Assembly (NCBI GenBank): GCA_965222075.1
Contig: OZ244937.1
Location: 3,776,001-3,840,000, forward strand
Source of the DNA: Candidatus Latescibacterota bacterium
Lineage (GTDB): Bacteria > Latescibacterota > UBA2968 > GCA-2709665
Length of the DNA: 64,000 nt
Direction of reading: 5' to 3'
In this document: in pieces, positions 30,978 through 40,926 of the stretch
Numbering within the stretch: the first letter of the stretch is position 1
Layout of the letters: each line of letters starts with the position of its first letter
Made by a program: the position numbers and the translations under genes
The notes under the pieces: model-generated
Database searches by the model: none
What the model was told of the DNA's origin: nothing
What the model saw: the letters and a program-made list of their open reading frames with translations, nothing else

Positions 30978-31349
30978 AGAATCCCTCAAAGAATCACCCG
31001 GCCTTATGCCCCTTGACACGGCCCCCCTGCAAGAAAACAAAAAAAACCCTCCCTGTCAGCAAAAAAAACACCCTCTACACCTCCCGCGGGTTGTTATTGC
31101 GCAAAAACGCAGCCTTCCCTCGCAATATCCGGGCTGATCCCAGATGCGCCGCTCAAACGGCTCGTCTGCGTAAAGCCTGCTGACCTTGCCCTCCGCGATG
31201 ATTAAACATAAGGGGTCTACGGAACAGAGTCAAGTGTCCCCTGCCCCCTCCTCCCTTGTGCCTTGACAACGCCCCCTCACCCCACTATCTTGATTCTTTC
31301 ATCCGACACCGCCATCACGGTCGCCACCGCGGTCCTGGACGCCCAACGG

Positions 31350-31820
31350 ATGCTCATGAACCTCCACCCGCTCATCGTCCACTTTCCCATCGCCCTGCTC
31401 ACCGTGGGCGCCCTTTGTGATGCCGTGGGCATCCTCGGCCGCCGGGACCTGTTCCTCAAAACCGGCTACTTCCTCCTCCTCTTAGGCACCGCAGGCGCGG
31501 CTGCCGCTGCCCTCACCGGAGAGTCCGCCGCCGAAACCGCGGCAAAAATCCCGGACATCAAAGCAGACCTGGAACAGCACGAAACCCTTTCCACCGCTGC
31601 CGCCTGGCTGTCCATTGCCCTTACCCTGGCGCGCACCCACCTCAGCTTCAAAAAACGCTTCGCCGGAACCCCCCGCCTCATCTACCTCTTTCTTGCCCTC
31701 GTCCTGGCCGGCCTCATCAACACCAGCGGCTACACCGGCGGGCACATCGTCTATACCTACGGCGCTGGGACCGGACCGGTTATGAAACACCTTGAAGCGC
31801 CGCCCCCATCCTTACAGTGA
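31350..31820 (+). CDS. DUF2231-like membrane protein
   Basis: NLHPLIVHFPIAL...GYTGGHIVYTYG. Confidence 0.8.
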   Translation: MLMNLHPLIVHFPIALLTVGALCDAVGILGRRDLFLKTGYFLLLLGTAGAAAAALTGESAAETAAKIPDIKADLEQHETLSTAAAWLSIALTLARTHLSFKKRFAGTPRLIYLFLALVLAGLINTSGYTGGHIVYTYGAGTGPVMKHLEAPPPSLQ

Positions 31821-31827
31821 GGCCGGA

Positions 31828-34824
31828 ATGAACGCCCTCAACCACAACCTGAAAACATACGACTGGGCCCGAAAGCAACGGGATCAAATCGTCCGCCGGG
31901 CAAACAAATGGCTGAAATACGATGACGAACGTCTGCGGTCGCTCGTTATTCCTCCCGAAATACCCCGGGCGATCGTTGCCCACGAAAAGGGCGCTCCCAT
32001 CAATGGCGACGCCCTCAACAAAATCGGCCGAAACGCCTGGAAAATCTCCTTCGACAAGCCCTGGAAAGTCACCCATCCCGCCGATGGAAAAGTCTACCCC
32101 TCAAACAACTTCGAAGCCTTCAGGAAAAGCGGCTGTAAAGACCGCAGCCTCCTCACCGGACCCTACCCCGACGACGGCTGGGGATGTTATGTTAAAGGCG
32201 AAGACAGGCCTTTCTGGTTCGTCGCCTTCTACGCCCACTGGTCCGTGACCCGGCTCCTGCTTCCCGCCCTCGACGACCTGAGCAGGGCCTACCTCATCAC
32301 CGGCGATTCCTGTTATGCCCACGCCTGCACCCTGCTGCTGTGGCAGCTTGCGGAATACTATCCTCGCTACGTCTACGAAAAACAGTCTCGCTACGGCAGG
32401 GAGGTCAATCCCGGTTACAAGGGCCGCCTGCTCTACCACACCTGGGAAAGTCACTACACCGGCCACTCGGTGCCCCCCGCCTATCACGCCGTCCGTCCCG
32501 CCATCCGGAAAGACCGGGCCCTGATGGCGCTCACCGGACAAACCGCCCGGCAGATCCACGCCCACATCGAGGACCGCCTCCTCCGCACCATGGCCGGCGA
32601 TATCATGGACGGCTCCGGCCGTATCCAGGGCAACTACGGCATGCACCAGGTCACCCTCCTCCGCATTGCCGCCGTCTTCAAAAACAGCCGAAAAAAACCC
32701 ACCAGCCGCGACATGGTCGCCTGGGTGCTCAACAATCCCGATGCCCAAAACTACACCCAGCTGGGCCTGGAAGACGCCATCAACAACCTCCTCCACCGCG
32801 ACGGCTACCCTTTCGAATCGCCCCAGTACAACACCCTCTGGATCAAAACCCTCAACGAAATCGTCGAAGCCCTCGGCCCGCAAGGCCGAAAAATCATCGC
32901 CCTGCCCCGGTTTCGAAAACTCCATACCTGGGTTCTCCGCATGGCGTGCGCCGGGCGCTTTGTCCCCTCCTACGGCGACTCCAACAACCTCTTCCACGCG
33001 CTCCTGGACCGGACAAATCTTCGAACCGGCGAAATCCTCGAATCCGCCTACCGCCACTACAAAGCACCGATCTTCGCCAGAGCCCTCAAACAGATCAACG
33101 CCAGACCCAAACGCGATCTCTTCCTTGAGCCCCTCGACGGGAAAGCCCTGGCCGGCGCCGCCAAAAGGTACCCCGGTCGCCTGGGCGTCACGAGCGAACT
33201 GCTGCCTGGTGTGGGCTTCGCCAGCCTCCAGACCGGCAGCGAGGCCAACCCTACCGCCCTCGCCCTCTTTTACGGCTACTACTGGGGGCACGCCCACAAC
33301 GACCGCTTGCAACTCGACATCTATTCCTGGGGCCATGCGCTCACCCCCGACTTCGGCTATCCCGAAACCGCCGACGCCTACGACCCCCGCCGGTACGGCT
33401 TCCTCTCCCACACCGTCACCCACAACACCGTGATGGTCAACGCCAGGCGGCAGGCAACAGCGCGCGGGCGTCTGCACCTCTACGATCCCGGCCCCTTCGC
33501 CCAGCTCGTGGAGACCTCTGCCGAAGCGGCCTATGCCCAGGCGGTCAGCCTCTACCGCCGCACCCTCCTGCTCGTGGACGTCGCTCCCGACAAAGCTTAC
33601 ATCGTCGATATCTTCCGCGTGCGAGGCGGCGCCCAGCACGACTGGATCGTCCACGGCCCCCAGGCCGAACTCAAGAGCGATCTGCCCTTCTCCAAACCGC
33701 GCAAAAAGGGCACCCTGGCCGGCCAAAATGTCCCGTACGGTGATTTCTACGACGACAGTCGCTACGACAACAACAACACGGCCCATGTATCCTACAGCCG
33801 GTATGAGGGCAGCGCCTTTCAGTGGTTCTTCAACGTGCAGCAGGCAAAGCTGAACGGCGTCGGCGCCGCAAGCTGGCGCCTCAACCGCCCGCCCGACCTC
33901 TACCCGAAAATAGACCGAAAAGGCGTGGTCCTGCGCGCGCACCTGATCGGCCGGGACGAAACCGTCTTCGCCTGCGACGGCGTTCCCCAACGCCGCGAGA
34001 CCTGGCCGGAAACGGTCAAATTCCTCTTCCGCCGCCGCACGGGCGAAAACCTGGAAAGCGTCTACATAACCGTCTTCGAGCCTTACAGGAAAACGCCCTT
34101 CATCCACTCGGTAAGGGCGCTCCCCACCCAGGCCGGCAGCGACCTGCCCGTCGCGCTTGAAATCGCATGCGGCAAGGTGAAACACATCCTCTTTAACCGT
34201 TTGGAAAAGGTAAAAAACAAATCCTCGGTGCTGAAGCTGGGCAACGGGATCACCCTCGATGCCCGGGCCGCAGTCCTCGAACAGACGGCCAACGGCGATT
34301 TCAGACAGATCTACCTGCTCAACAACAATAAGACCGAAGGGCTGGGCATCGCCCCTGCGCCCGCTGTGAGGACCAGGGTGAAGCGCGTGGACTACGAAAA
34401 GGGCCTGGTCACACTGACCAGACCCATTCCATCCTCTCCCGCCGGTGGGATCGCAATCGTAGAAAGCGCCAAACACGCCAACGCCATCCCCGTCGCAGAG
34501 GTCGTCAACACCACCACGTTTGCCGTGGGCGACGACGAACTCTCCGCCGGTACCGTTCACATCACATCGGCCGCTGGAAACCGGATAGAATTCAACCCGA
34601 AATACGTCTACTTCATCGAACCGGGCATGACCGTCGTCAACGAGGCCGGCAGGGTGGTCGGTCGGATCAAATCGATAAAAAGCGGCAGCGCCGGACTGGA
34701 CACAAACGCCCTCACCCTGCGAAACTTCCCCGACCGAAACAGAGACGGCCGCCGCACCTGCCGCGTTATGGTCGTCGGCCCCGGCGACACCCTTACCCTG
34801 CACACGTCCCTGCGCCACGGATAA
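31828..34824 (+). CDS. Heparinase II/III-family lyase-like protein
   Basis: ESPQYN, YGDS, GHAHNDRLQLD, HNTVMVN motifs. Confidence 0.8.
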   Translation: MNALNHNLKTYDWARKQRDQIVRRANKWLKYDDERLRSLVIPPEIPRAIVAHEKGAPINGDALNKIGRNAWKISFDKPWKVTHPADGKVYPSNNFEAFRKSGCKDRSLLTGPYPDDGWGCYVKGEDRPFWFVAFYAHWSVTRLLLPALDDLSRAYLITGDSCYAHACTLLLWQLAEYYPRYVYEKQSRYGREVNPGYKGRLLYHTWESHYTGHSVPPAYHAVRPAIRKDRALMALTGQTARQIHAHIEDRLLRTMAGDIMDGSGRIQGNYGMHQVTLLRIAAVFKNSRKKPTSRDMVAWVLNNPDAQNYTQLGLEDAINNLLHRDGYPFESPQYNTLWIKTLNEIVEALGPQGRKIIALPRFRKLHTWVLRMACAGRFVPSYGDSNNLFHALLDRTNLRTGEILESAYRHYKAPIFARALKQINARPKRDLFLEPLDGKALAGAAKRYPGRLGVTSELLPGVGFASLQTGSEANPTALALFYGYYWGHAHNDRLQLDIYSWGHALTPDFGYPETADAYDPRRYGFLSHTVTHNTVMVNARRQATARGRLHLYDPGPFAQLVETSAEAAYAQAVSLYRRTLLLVDVAPDKAYIVDIFRVRGGAQHDWIVHGPQAELKSDLPFSKPRKKGTLAGQNVPYGDFYDDSRYDNNNTAHVSYSRYEGSAFQWFFNVQQAKLNGVGAASWRLNRPPDLYPKIDRKGVVLRAHLIGRDETVFACDGVPQRRETWPETVKFLFRRRTGENLESVYITVFEPYRKTPFIHSVRALPTQAGSDLPVALEIACGKVKHILFNRLEKVKNKSSVLKLGNGITLDARAAVLEQTANGDFRQIYLLNNNKTEGLGIAPAPAVRTRVKRVDYEKGLVTLTRPIPSSPAGGIAIVESAKHANAIPVAEVVNTTTFAVGDDELSAGTVHITSAAGNRIEFNPKYVYFIEPGMTVVNEAGRVVGRIKSIKSGSAGLDTNALTLRNFPDRNRDGRRTCRVMVVGPGDTLTLHTSLRHG

Positions 34825-34890
34825 GCACCTGTTCGTCGTGACCGTGAACCTTTTGATCTACTGGCACCTTCTTCCGAAAGAGATAGAAGG

Positions 34891-36168
34891 ATGGAACTCA
34901 AAACCATCCTCACCCAACTGGGTGAACCGGATGCCACCGACGCCCTGCGGCCCCACTGGGAAGCATCCGAAGCCACATTCCCTGGCGAACGGCCCTCCTT
35001 TCTTACCCCGGCCGAATTCGAAGTCAGCCGCGAATGGAGCGGGTTCGGCCCCGAAATAGACCCGGCCCTCGAAAAAACCGCCGACCGCATCGCGGAAAAC
35101 CCCGCCCTCCTGCGCCTGGCCTGGCACGGCTATTGGCTCCTGTTCGAAGCCCCGGACTACAACCGGTTTCGCGACTGGCCAACGCTCAAGCGTGCCCTGG
35201 CCGAATCCAGCGGCATCTTCAACCTCCTGCTCAGCCTCGCTGCGATCCCCAGGCTCCGCGCCGTCCACAACGCCCGGGGCGTGCCCGAGCAGGTCACCCG
35301 GCACACCGCCCTGGACATCCGCATCGGCGCGCACCGCTACAAAAGCATCTCCGGCGGACGCCTGGGCATGGAGCGCCGCCTGCTCTTCTGGCACCGGCTC
35401 GTCTCCTCCGGCGACCTCTACCGTCTGGGCCGGATGCAGTACGTCCTTCGCCCCTTCCGGGGGCAGGTCCGGGTCTACCGCAGCCGCAACACGAACCGCG
35501 TCCTCGCCCTCTCCGAAGGTGGCATCCGTTTCAACCGCGAAGGTTACGTAGACGGCGCCGGAGGCGTCACGGATGCGGAAAACGGCTGGACCTCCTGTCT
35601 CACCGAAACCAAAACCACGGTCACCGGTTCACCGATCTCGCCATACGGGATGGCCATACGACGCGAGCGCACGCTGTCGCTGGACGACTGGAACCCCGTT
35701 CTCTCCCCAGGAGATCCCGTCCTGGAAATGCATATCCCCGAAGGCGAGGCCATAACGCCCGACGTCTGCCGCTCGTCCATGCAGCAGGCCCTCGATTTCT
35801 TCCCAAAATACGAACCCGACCGGCCGTTTGTCTCCTTCGCCTGCTACTCCTGGATCTTCAACACCCAGCTTGAAGAAATGCTCTTCCCCGCCTCAAACCT
35901 GGTGCGCTACCAGCGCGAACTCTACCTCTTCCCCACGCCCTCCAGCGGCAAAGACGGCCTCTACTTCATCTTCTACAAAGACGACGTGGACATCCAAACC
36001 GCTCCCCGGGACACAACGTTAAAACGGGCCTTCCTTGACCACCTGGCGGCCGGAATTCCCCTGCGTAACGGCGGCATGTTTATGTTGAAAGACGATTTCC
36101 GGCGTTTCGGCACACAGCATTACCGGTCGCAGTGGCCTCCTGTTCCCGGCATCAATGAGAAAACATAA
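34891..36168 (+). CDS. Acyltransferase-domain protein (DUF5596-like)
   Basis: LYRLGRMQY, LEMHIPEG, FACYSWIFN motifs. Confidence 0.7.
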   Translation: MELKTILTQLGEPDATDALRPHWEASEATFPGERPSFLTPAEFEVSREWSGFGPEIDPALEKTADRIAENPALLRLAWHGYWLLFEAPDYNRFRDWPTLKRALAESSGIFNLLLSLAAIPRLRAVHNARGVPEQVTRHTALDIRIGAHRYKSISGGRLGMERRLLFWHRLVSSGDLYRLGRMQYVLRPFRGQVRVYRSRNTNRVLALSEGGIRFNREGYVDGAGGVTDAENGWTSCLTETKTTVTGSPISPYGMAIRRERTLSLDDWNPVLSPGDPVLEMHIPEGEAITPDVCRSSMQQALDFFPKYEPDRPFVSFACYSWIFNTQLEEMLFPASNLVRYQRELYLFPTPSSGKDGLYFIFYKDDVDIQTAPRDTTLKRAFLDHLAAGIPLRNGGMFMLKDDFRRFGTQHYRSQWPPVPGINEKT

Positions 36169-36902
36169 TGAATAACGCCCCTGTTTATCCAGCCCTCACC
36201 CGATGGGTGTATATCAGAAAGATGGCCGTTGTTGTCTTTCTCCTCATCCTGGCAGCCATCCTCCTCCCAACCCGCCTGCACACACCCGCCCTTACCGACG
36301 ATTCCCTCCAGGTCGCCCCCGGCCAAAAGGAAATCCGCATCGCCGCCGTCGCCCACCCATCTCGCTTTAAGGGCACCGGCATGCCCGGCTACCACCTCCT
36401 CGTCTGGAAAAAAGGCCGGGCCGCCGGCAACGCCCTCTTCACCACACCCGTCGACGACCGGGCCGTCCATGCCGCCCTGGTCCGGATCGGCGCCCTGCCG
36501 GGAAACGCCCTCGCGATGGACACCTGGGAAGCCCGTAGCGATTCGAACAACAGCGCCCCGGACAGACAAATCGAAGGCAGCCCCGTCCGGATCGCCCTCT
36601 TATGGGGAGACCGAAAACGTCCGACGCCCCTTGCCGACCTGCTGAAAGACCCCGCAGGCAGGGGCTTCGACTTCCGTTTCGGGGGTCACGCCGACAACAT
36701 CCCCATCTGGAAATCGGGCTGCGTCGTCTGCCTCTACAGTTGTCCCGGCGCCAAAATCGGCAACGCCGCCTACACCATCCGCGACTACGTCAACAAAACC
36801 ACGGCGTTCCGCATCCGGGAGGACCGCTTCCCCCCGGACGGAACGCCCGTAACCCTGATCTTCCGCCTGGTGCAACCCCAAACGGAAAAAAGGAGTCCAT
36901 AA
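36168..36902 (+). CDS. YdjY-like exported protein
   Basis: Signal-like segment; RFGG...SGCVVCLYSCP motif; start may be the downstream ATG. Confidence 0.6.
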   Translation: MNNAPVYPALTRWVYIRKMAVVVFLLILAAILLPTRLHTPALTDDSLQVAPGQKEIRIAAVAHPSRFKGTGMPGYHLLVWKKGRAAGNALFTTPVDDRAVHAALVRIGALPGNALAMDTWEARSDSNNSAPDRQIEGSPVRIALLWGDRKRPTPLADLLKDPAGRGFDFRFGGHADNIPIWKSGCVVCLYSCPGAKIGNAAYTIRDYVNKTTAFRIREDRFPPDGTPVTLIFRLVQPQTEKRSP

Positions 36903-37537
36903 TGTCCGGCACCATCTTCTGGGACGTAGATACACAGTACGACTTCATCATGCCCGACGGCAAACTCTACATCACCGATGCCGAAAATATCCTCCCCAAC
37001 TTAGAGCGGCTCACCGCCTGCGCCCGGCAGCAGGGCATCCCCATCTTCGGCTCGGTCGACTTCCACAACCCGGACGACCCTGAAATCTCCGACGACCCCG
37101 ACTTCCAGGACACCTTCCCCCCCCACTGCCTGAAGGGCACCCCCGGCCAGGAAAAGGTCCCGGAGACCCGCCCGGAGAACCCGCTCTGGATCGACTCCGA
37201 TTCCGAGGATGCGGATGTCCTCAACCACCGGATGCGGAACCACGCGGGCGAGGTCATCTTCCGCAAACAGCGGTTCGACGTCTTCACCAACCCCAACGTC
37301 GACCCCGTCCTGAACGCCGTCCGTCCGGGCCGGATCGTCCTCTACGGCGTCGCCCTGGACGTCTGCAACGCCCACGCGGTCAACGGCTTCCTGGAGCGAA
37401 ACACCGCCCCCATCCGCCTCGTCACAGACGCCACCCAGGCCATTGTGCCCCAACGCGGCGAGGAACTCGTGAACAGGTGGAAAACCCGGGGCGTAGAAGT
37501 CGTCACGACCGACGAGATCGTTGGGGGGGTCGAATAA
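36902..37537 (+). CDS. Isochorismatase/nicotinamidase-family cysteine hydrolase
   Basis: DVDTQYDF, DFH, FPPHC, GVALDVC. Confidence 0.9.
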   Translation: MSGTIFWDVDTQYDFIMPDGKLYITDAENILPNLERLTACARQQGIPIFGSVDFHNPDDPEISDDPDFQDTFPPHCLKGTPGQEKVPETRPENPLWIDSDSEDADVLNHRMRNHAGEVIFRKQRFDVFTNPNVDPVLNAVRPGRIVLYGVALDVCNAHAVNGFLERNTAPIRLVTDATQAIVPQRGEELVNRWKTRGVEVVTTDEIVGGVE

Positions 37538-37587
37538 AAAACGGGATACCCAAAGCGTCTGCGCCCCCGGGTATCCCGATTATTTTT
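37536..37587. terminator. Bidirectional terminator-like hairpin
   Basis: A-tract, CGGGATACCC...GGGTATCCCG stem, T-tract, between convergent genes. Confidence 0.65.
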
Positions 37588-37602
37588 GCCCCGTACCCCC
37601 GC

Positions 37603-39069
37603 CTACCGCAACCGCCGTCTCATCGGACGCGGGGAAGAGGCCGAAACGGAATGGATCTCCTCGACAAATTCGGCCGTCTCTTTCTCGTAGGTCTCGAACG
37701 GATCCCGGAAACTCAGGTGGGACTCGTTCTCCAGGTAGACCGAGTCCCAGTCGACAATATAGCGCACCCGGTTCTCCGCCAGGGCCTTCACAACCCTCGA
37801 CCTGGCGCGCGCGCGGGTATCCTGCGGCGGTTCATACTCTGCCCGGTCGATCCGTTCCTCCGTCAGCACCCGCCCCACCATCCCCTTCCTCTCCAGATCG
37901 TAATAGAACCCCCGGTTCGGGTCAATATTGTGGAACTCCAGGTCGAGGCTCTGCAGCCAGGGGTCGTTCCAGTTGACCCCCTCCGACGCCACGAACAGAT
38001 CCAGCATCCACTTCTTGGCCACCCAGTCCAGCCGGTCTCCCAGCGACATCGGGTCCCGCTCCAGGTCGTCTAAGGTGCGCACCCACTCCCGCAGCACCCA
38101 GTCCGACTCCTCATCCATCCCGCTCAAATGCCGCTCCGCGAGCTCCAGGTAGCGCCGCTGGATATCGATTGCAGAGATCGTCCGGCCGTTCTTCCGCTCT
38201 AAAATCCAGCAAAACGTGGGATCGCGTGAGATCACCTTCAGCGCCCATACCGGGTCTCCCAGCCCCACATCCCGGGGAAAGATCTTCTGCTCCAACAGGT
38301 TTAAGACCATCGCCGTGGTGCCCACCTTCAGCGCCGTGGCGTACTCCGACATATTCGAATCGCCCATCAGCAGGTGGAGGCGGCGGTACCGGCTGTGATC
38401 GGCCAGCGGCTCGTCCCGCGTATTGATAATCGCCCGGGAAAACTGGATCCACTGGTAGATCTCCGTGACGATATGATCGGCCCGCTGCGAGATCTGGAAG
38501 GCCACCGGGTCTTCCCGGCAGGCCTCGTCCCGGTCCCCCCGGCCATAATAGTAAAAACTGTCGTCGTAGCTCCCCACACGCCCGGCACCGCTGTAAATCT
38601 GCCGGGTCACCAGAAAGGGCAGCAGCGCCGGTATAACCATGGTCGAAAACGGTACAGTCCTCCGGATCAGGTAGTTTTCGTGACACCCAAAGGTCGCCCC
38701 CGTAAAGTGGTCGATGTTGTTCTTTAAAAACGAGGCCTCTTTTTCCAGTCCCAGCGCCTTCAGGGCATTTTGCAGGATCCGATCCCCGGCCCGATCAAAC
38801 GCCACAAGGTCGAAGAGACCCTTGCACTCCGGGGTGGTATACTCGATATGCCCCATATCGATGTAGACCCGGCCGGAATTGAACAGAAACCCGCCGTTGC
38901 CCGGCGGCTCATCCCGTCCCCGGTAGTGGATATCCACAATTCCGATCCGGTCCGAGTAGAAAATGTGGTCCTTGACCTTCACCGAAATCGCATCCGGACT
39001 CACAAACCCCTCATGCTCCGGAGCCATACACCCGTATTCGGTCTCCAACCCAAAAATCCGATTCTCCAT
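37603..39069 (-). CDS. pafA: PafA-family ligase for Pup/UBact
   Basis: RIFGLETEYG, FLFNSGRVYIDMGHIEYTTPEC, GCHENY, RAIINTRDEP, RRLHLLMGDSN; last gene of the operon. Confidence 0.9.
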   Translation of the reverse strand: MENRIFGLETEYGCMAPEHEGFVSPDAISVKVKDHIFYSDRIGIVDIHYRGRDEPPGNGGFLFNSGRVYIDMGHIEYTTPECKGLFDLVAFDRAGDRILQNALKALGLEKEASFLKNNIDHFTGATFGCHENYLIRRTVPFSTMVIPALLPFLVTRQIYSGAGRVGSYDDSFYYYGRGDRDEACREDPVAFQISQRADHIVTEIYQWIQFSRAIINTRDEPLADHSRYRRLHLLMGDSNMSEYATALKVGTTAMVLNLLEQKIFPRDVGLGDPVWALKVISRDPTFCWILERKNGRTISAIDIQRRYLELAERHLSGMDEESDWVLREWVRTLDDLERDPMSLGDRLDWVAKKWMLDLFVASEGVNWNDPWLQSLDLEFHNIDPNRGFYYDLERKGMVGRVLTEERIDRAEYEPPQDTRARARSRVVKALAENRVRYIVDWDSVYLENESHLSFRDPFETYEKETAEFVEEIHSVSASSPRPMRRRLR

Positions 39070-39103
39070 AGGACTCCCGTTTATCCCCCTGGAAAGAGAA
39101 ACG

Positions 39104-39883
39104 TCAGGTCCGATACGCCTTGAGCGCCGGTTCGACCTCCTTCTGGTCCAGCCTGCGATACTTACCCTTGCCCGGTCGGGACCGCTGGAACACGGCGGCT
39201 TCGACCGAAAGCGCCTCTAACTCGGTCCTCAGCACAGCCTCCAGGTTCGCCTCTCCGGCGGCCTCCTCCAGGCCCCCTTCCTTGTCTTCAAACTGCCCCG
39301 CCCACCGCCCGGCCGCCCAGGCCAGCAGCGCCGCATCCAGCGCCTTTCTCAGCGACAGCCGGCCCACCTTCAGATCCGCCAGGTGCCGCTGCATCAGCCG
39401 GTCCGCCTCCGGCACCCCCGCCACAACACCCCATCCCTCTGTCATGTGAAAAGCCCCGTCGTAGTTCACCGTATAAAACGTGGTCTGCCCCCCCACCCCG
39501 TCCAGCTCCGCCATGAGCACCCGGACAATATACGGAGACCGGAAGATCTCGTCAAACGCCGTTTTCACCGTTGGCCCCAGACCGAAGTGGACGATCTGCT
39601 GCAGGGTCACATCGGCCTCCGAATAATTGAACCCGATCACAGAGGCCAGATCCACGGCCGCCTGCCGCAGTTTTTCAATATCCGTCGGATGGCCCAGCGA
39701 GCCCATGCCAATCCGGTCGTAGACTTCAAAGATCTTCTGCTGCCCCTGCACCAGCGTCAACAGCAAGGCGCCATCCCGATACCCTACGCCCACAACCGGG
39801 CTTCCTCTCCGCAGCTGGTCCTCGATATATTCCCGCCGGTTGGCAACCGCCTCCGCCCACCGATAGGGCTCATCCAACATCAT
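39104..39883 (-). CDS. prcA: 20S proteasome alpha subunit
   Basis: GSPVVG, KIFEVYDRI, position after the beta subunit. Confidence 0.88.
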   Translation of the reverse strand: MMLDEPYRWAEAVANRREYIEDQLRRGSPVVGVGYRDGALLLTLVQGQQKIFEVYDRIGMGSLGHPTDIEKLRQAAVDLASVIGFNYSEADVTLQQIVHFGLGPTVKTAFDEIFRSPYIVRVLMAELDGVGGQTTFYTVNYDGAFHMTEGWGVVAGVPEADRLMQRHLADLKVGRLSLRKALDAALLAWAAGRWAGQFEDKEGGLEEAAGEANLEAVLRTELEALSVEAAVFQRSRPGKGKYRRLDQKEVEPALKAYRT

Positions 39884-40689
39884 AGGTCAGCACCCTCCGG
39901 TGGATCGATATAACGCGCATGGGACTCGCGCAACTCATCGGTCGATACATCCTGTAGACCGTCGGCCGTAATCCGCTTCACCGACGGAAAGATATCGGCG
40001 GTACGCTCATACCGGCCGGTTGCAACATCGTACTCCGAGGCCGTGTGCAGCAGCCGCAGGACCAGCCCCAACCCCTCCTCCCCGTCCAACTCGGCAAAAG
40101 GGCGCCCTCCCCACTGATTCAGATAGTACATAGCCCCCCGAATCCCGGACGACCCGGAGCCGGTGGTGGAAAAATCGGTGCTTTCAAACTGAGCGCCCAG
40201 GGCATCGTAAAAAAAGATCTTCCCCCGATCGTCCCTCCGATCGTACGTAGCAAAGATCGGGATTACCGCCCCGATCCCCTGCAGGGCCATAGGCAGGTTG
40301 TCGCGGATCAACAGCGACAGCCGGCGCAGCTTCGCCTCTAAGCTCATCTCCTGGAGCTGCCGTCGGCGGTAGTACTGAAACTGATGCTCTAAAATACGGG
40401 CAACCTCATACGCAATGGCGGGTGACCCGGAAATGGCCATCACCGAATGCGCATCGATATCGATCACCTTGTCCGCCCGGTCGGTGACGATCGTATGCCC
40501 CGCCGTAGCCCGACGGTCTCCCGCAATAAGAACGCCATCCCGGTACCTCAACGCCAGGATGGTTGTCCCTTCTGCCGAGTAGAAAGGGGGCGCATCTCCG
40601 GAATCGCGCAGCCCATCCGGCAGCTCACTTCCCGGAAACCGATAGCCTCCGGCCTTTAAAAGATCCAAAAAATCGCCGCCTGAGTTCAT
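39880..40689 (-). CDS. prcB: 20S proteasome beta subunit
   Basis: Propeptide then G/TTILAL..., AGDRRATAG, GSGS. Confidence 0.92.
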   Translation of the reverse strand: MNSGGDFLDLLKAGGYRFPGSELPDGLRDSGDAPPFYSAEGTTILALRYRDGVLIAGDRRATAGHTIVTDRADKVIDIDAHSVMAISGSPAIAYEVARILEHQFQYYRRRQLQEMSLEAKLRRLSLLIRDNLPMALQGIGAVIPIFATYDRRDDRGKIFFYDALGAQFESTDFSTTGSGSSGIRGAMYYLNQWGGRPFAELDGEEGLGLVLRLLHTASEYDVATGRYERTADIFPSVKRITADGLQDVSTDELRESHARYIDPPEGADL

Positions 40690-40692
40690 CGG

Positions 40693-40890
40693 CTACTCGC
40701 CCGTCCGCTGCCGGTACCGCCTCGCCTGGTTCGGGTCCACCCGGCGCATCCGCCGCAGCAGATCCTGCGTATCGGGCCGGTCCACATCGGGCTGGGCCGG
40801 CCCCCCATCCTCATCGCCCGATTTCCGATCCGGCGGTGCAGTCGGCCGGGTGCGCCGCTCCAAACCCACAAAATCTCTCCGCATGTCCAT
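40693..40890 (-). CDS. ubact: UBact ubiquitin-like tag (65 aa, C-terminal RTGE)
   Basis: GAGGAGG RBS; LLRRMRRVDPNQARRYRQRTGE; lies between dop and prcB. Confidence 0.9.
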   Translation of the reverse strand: MDMRRDFVGLERRTRPTAPPDRKSGDEDGGPAQPDVDRPDTQDLLRRMRRVDPNQARRYRQRTGE

Positions 40891-40926
40891 AACCTCCTCT
40901 CCGTACAGATAGCCAAACACGCGCCC

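Noticed and set aside
32101-34818. 905-aa minus-strand ORF, and similar long antisense ORFs such as 10378-11937, 29559-31016 and 58274-59830
   Set aside because: Shadow frames of high-GC genes that have clear motifs on the opposite strand.
40693-40890. Actinobacterial Pup
   Set aside because: The C-terminus is RTGE, not GG[EQ]; the sequence fits UBact.
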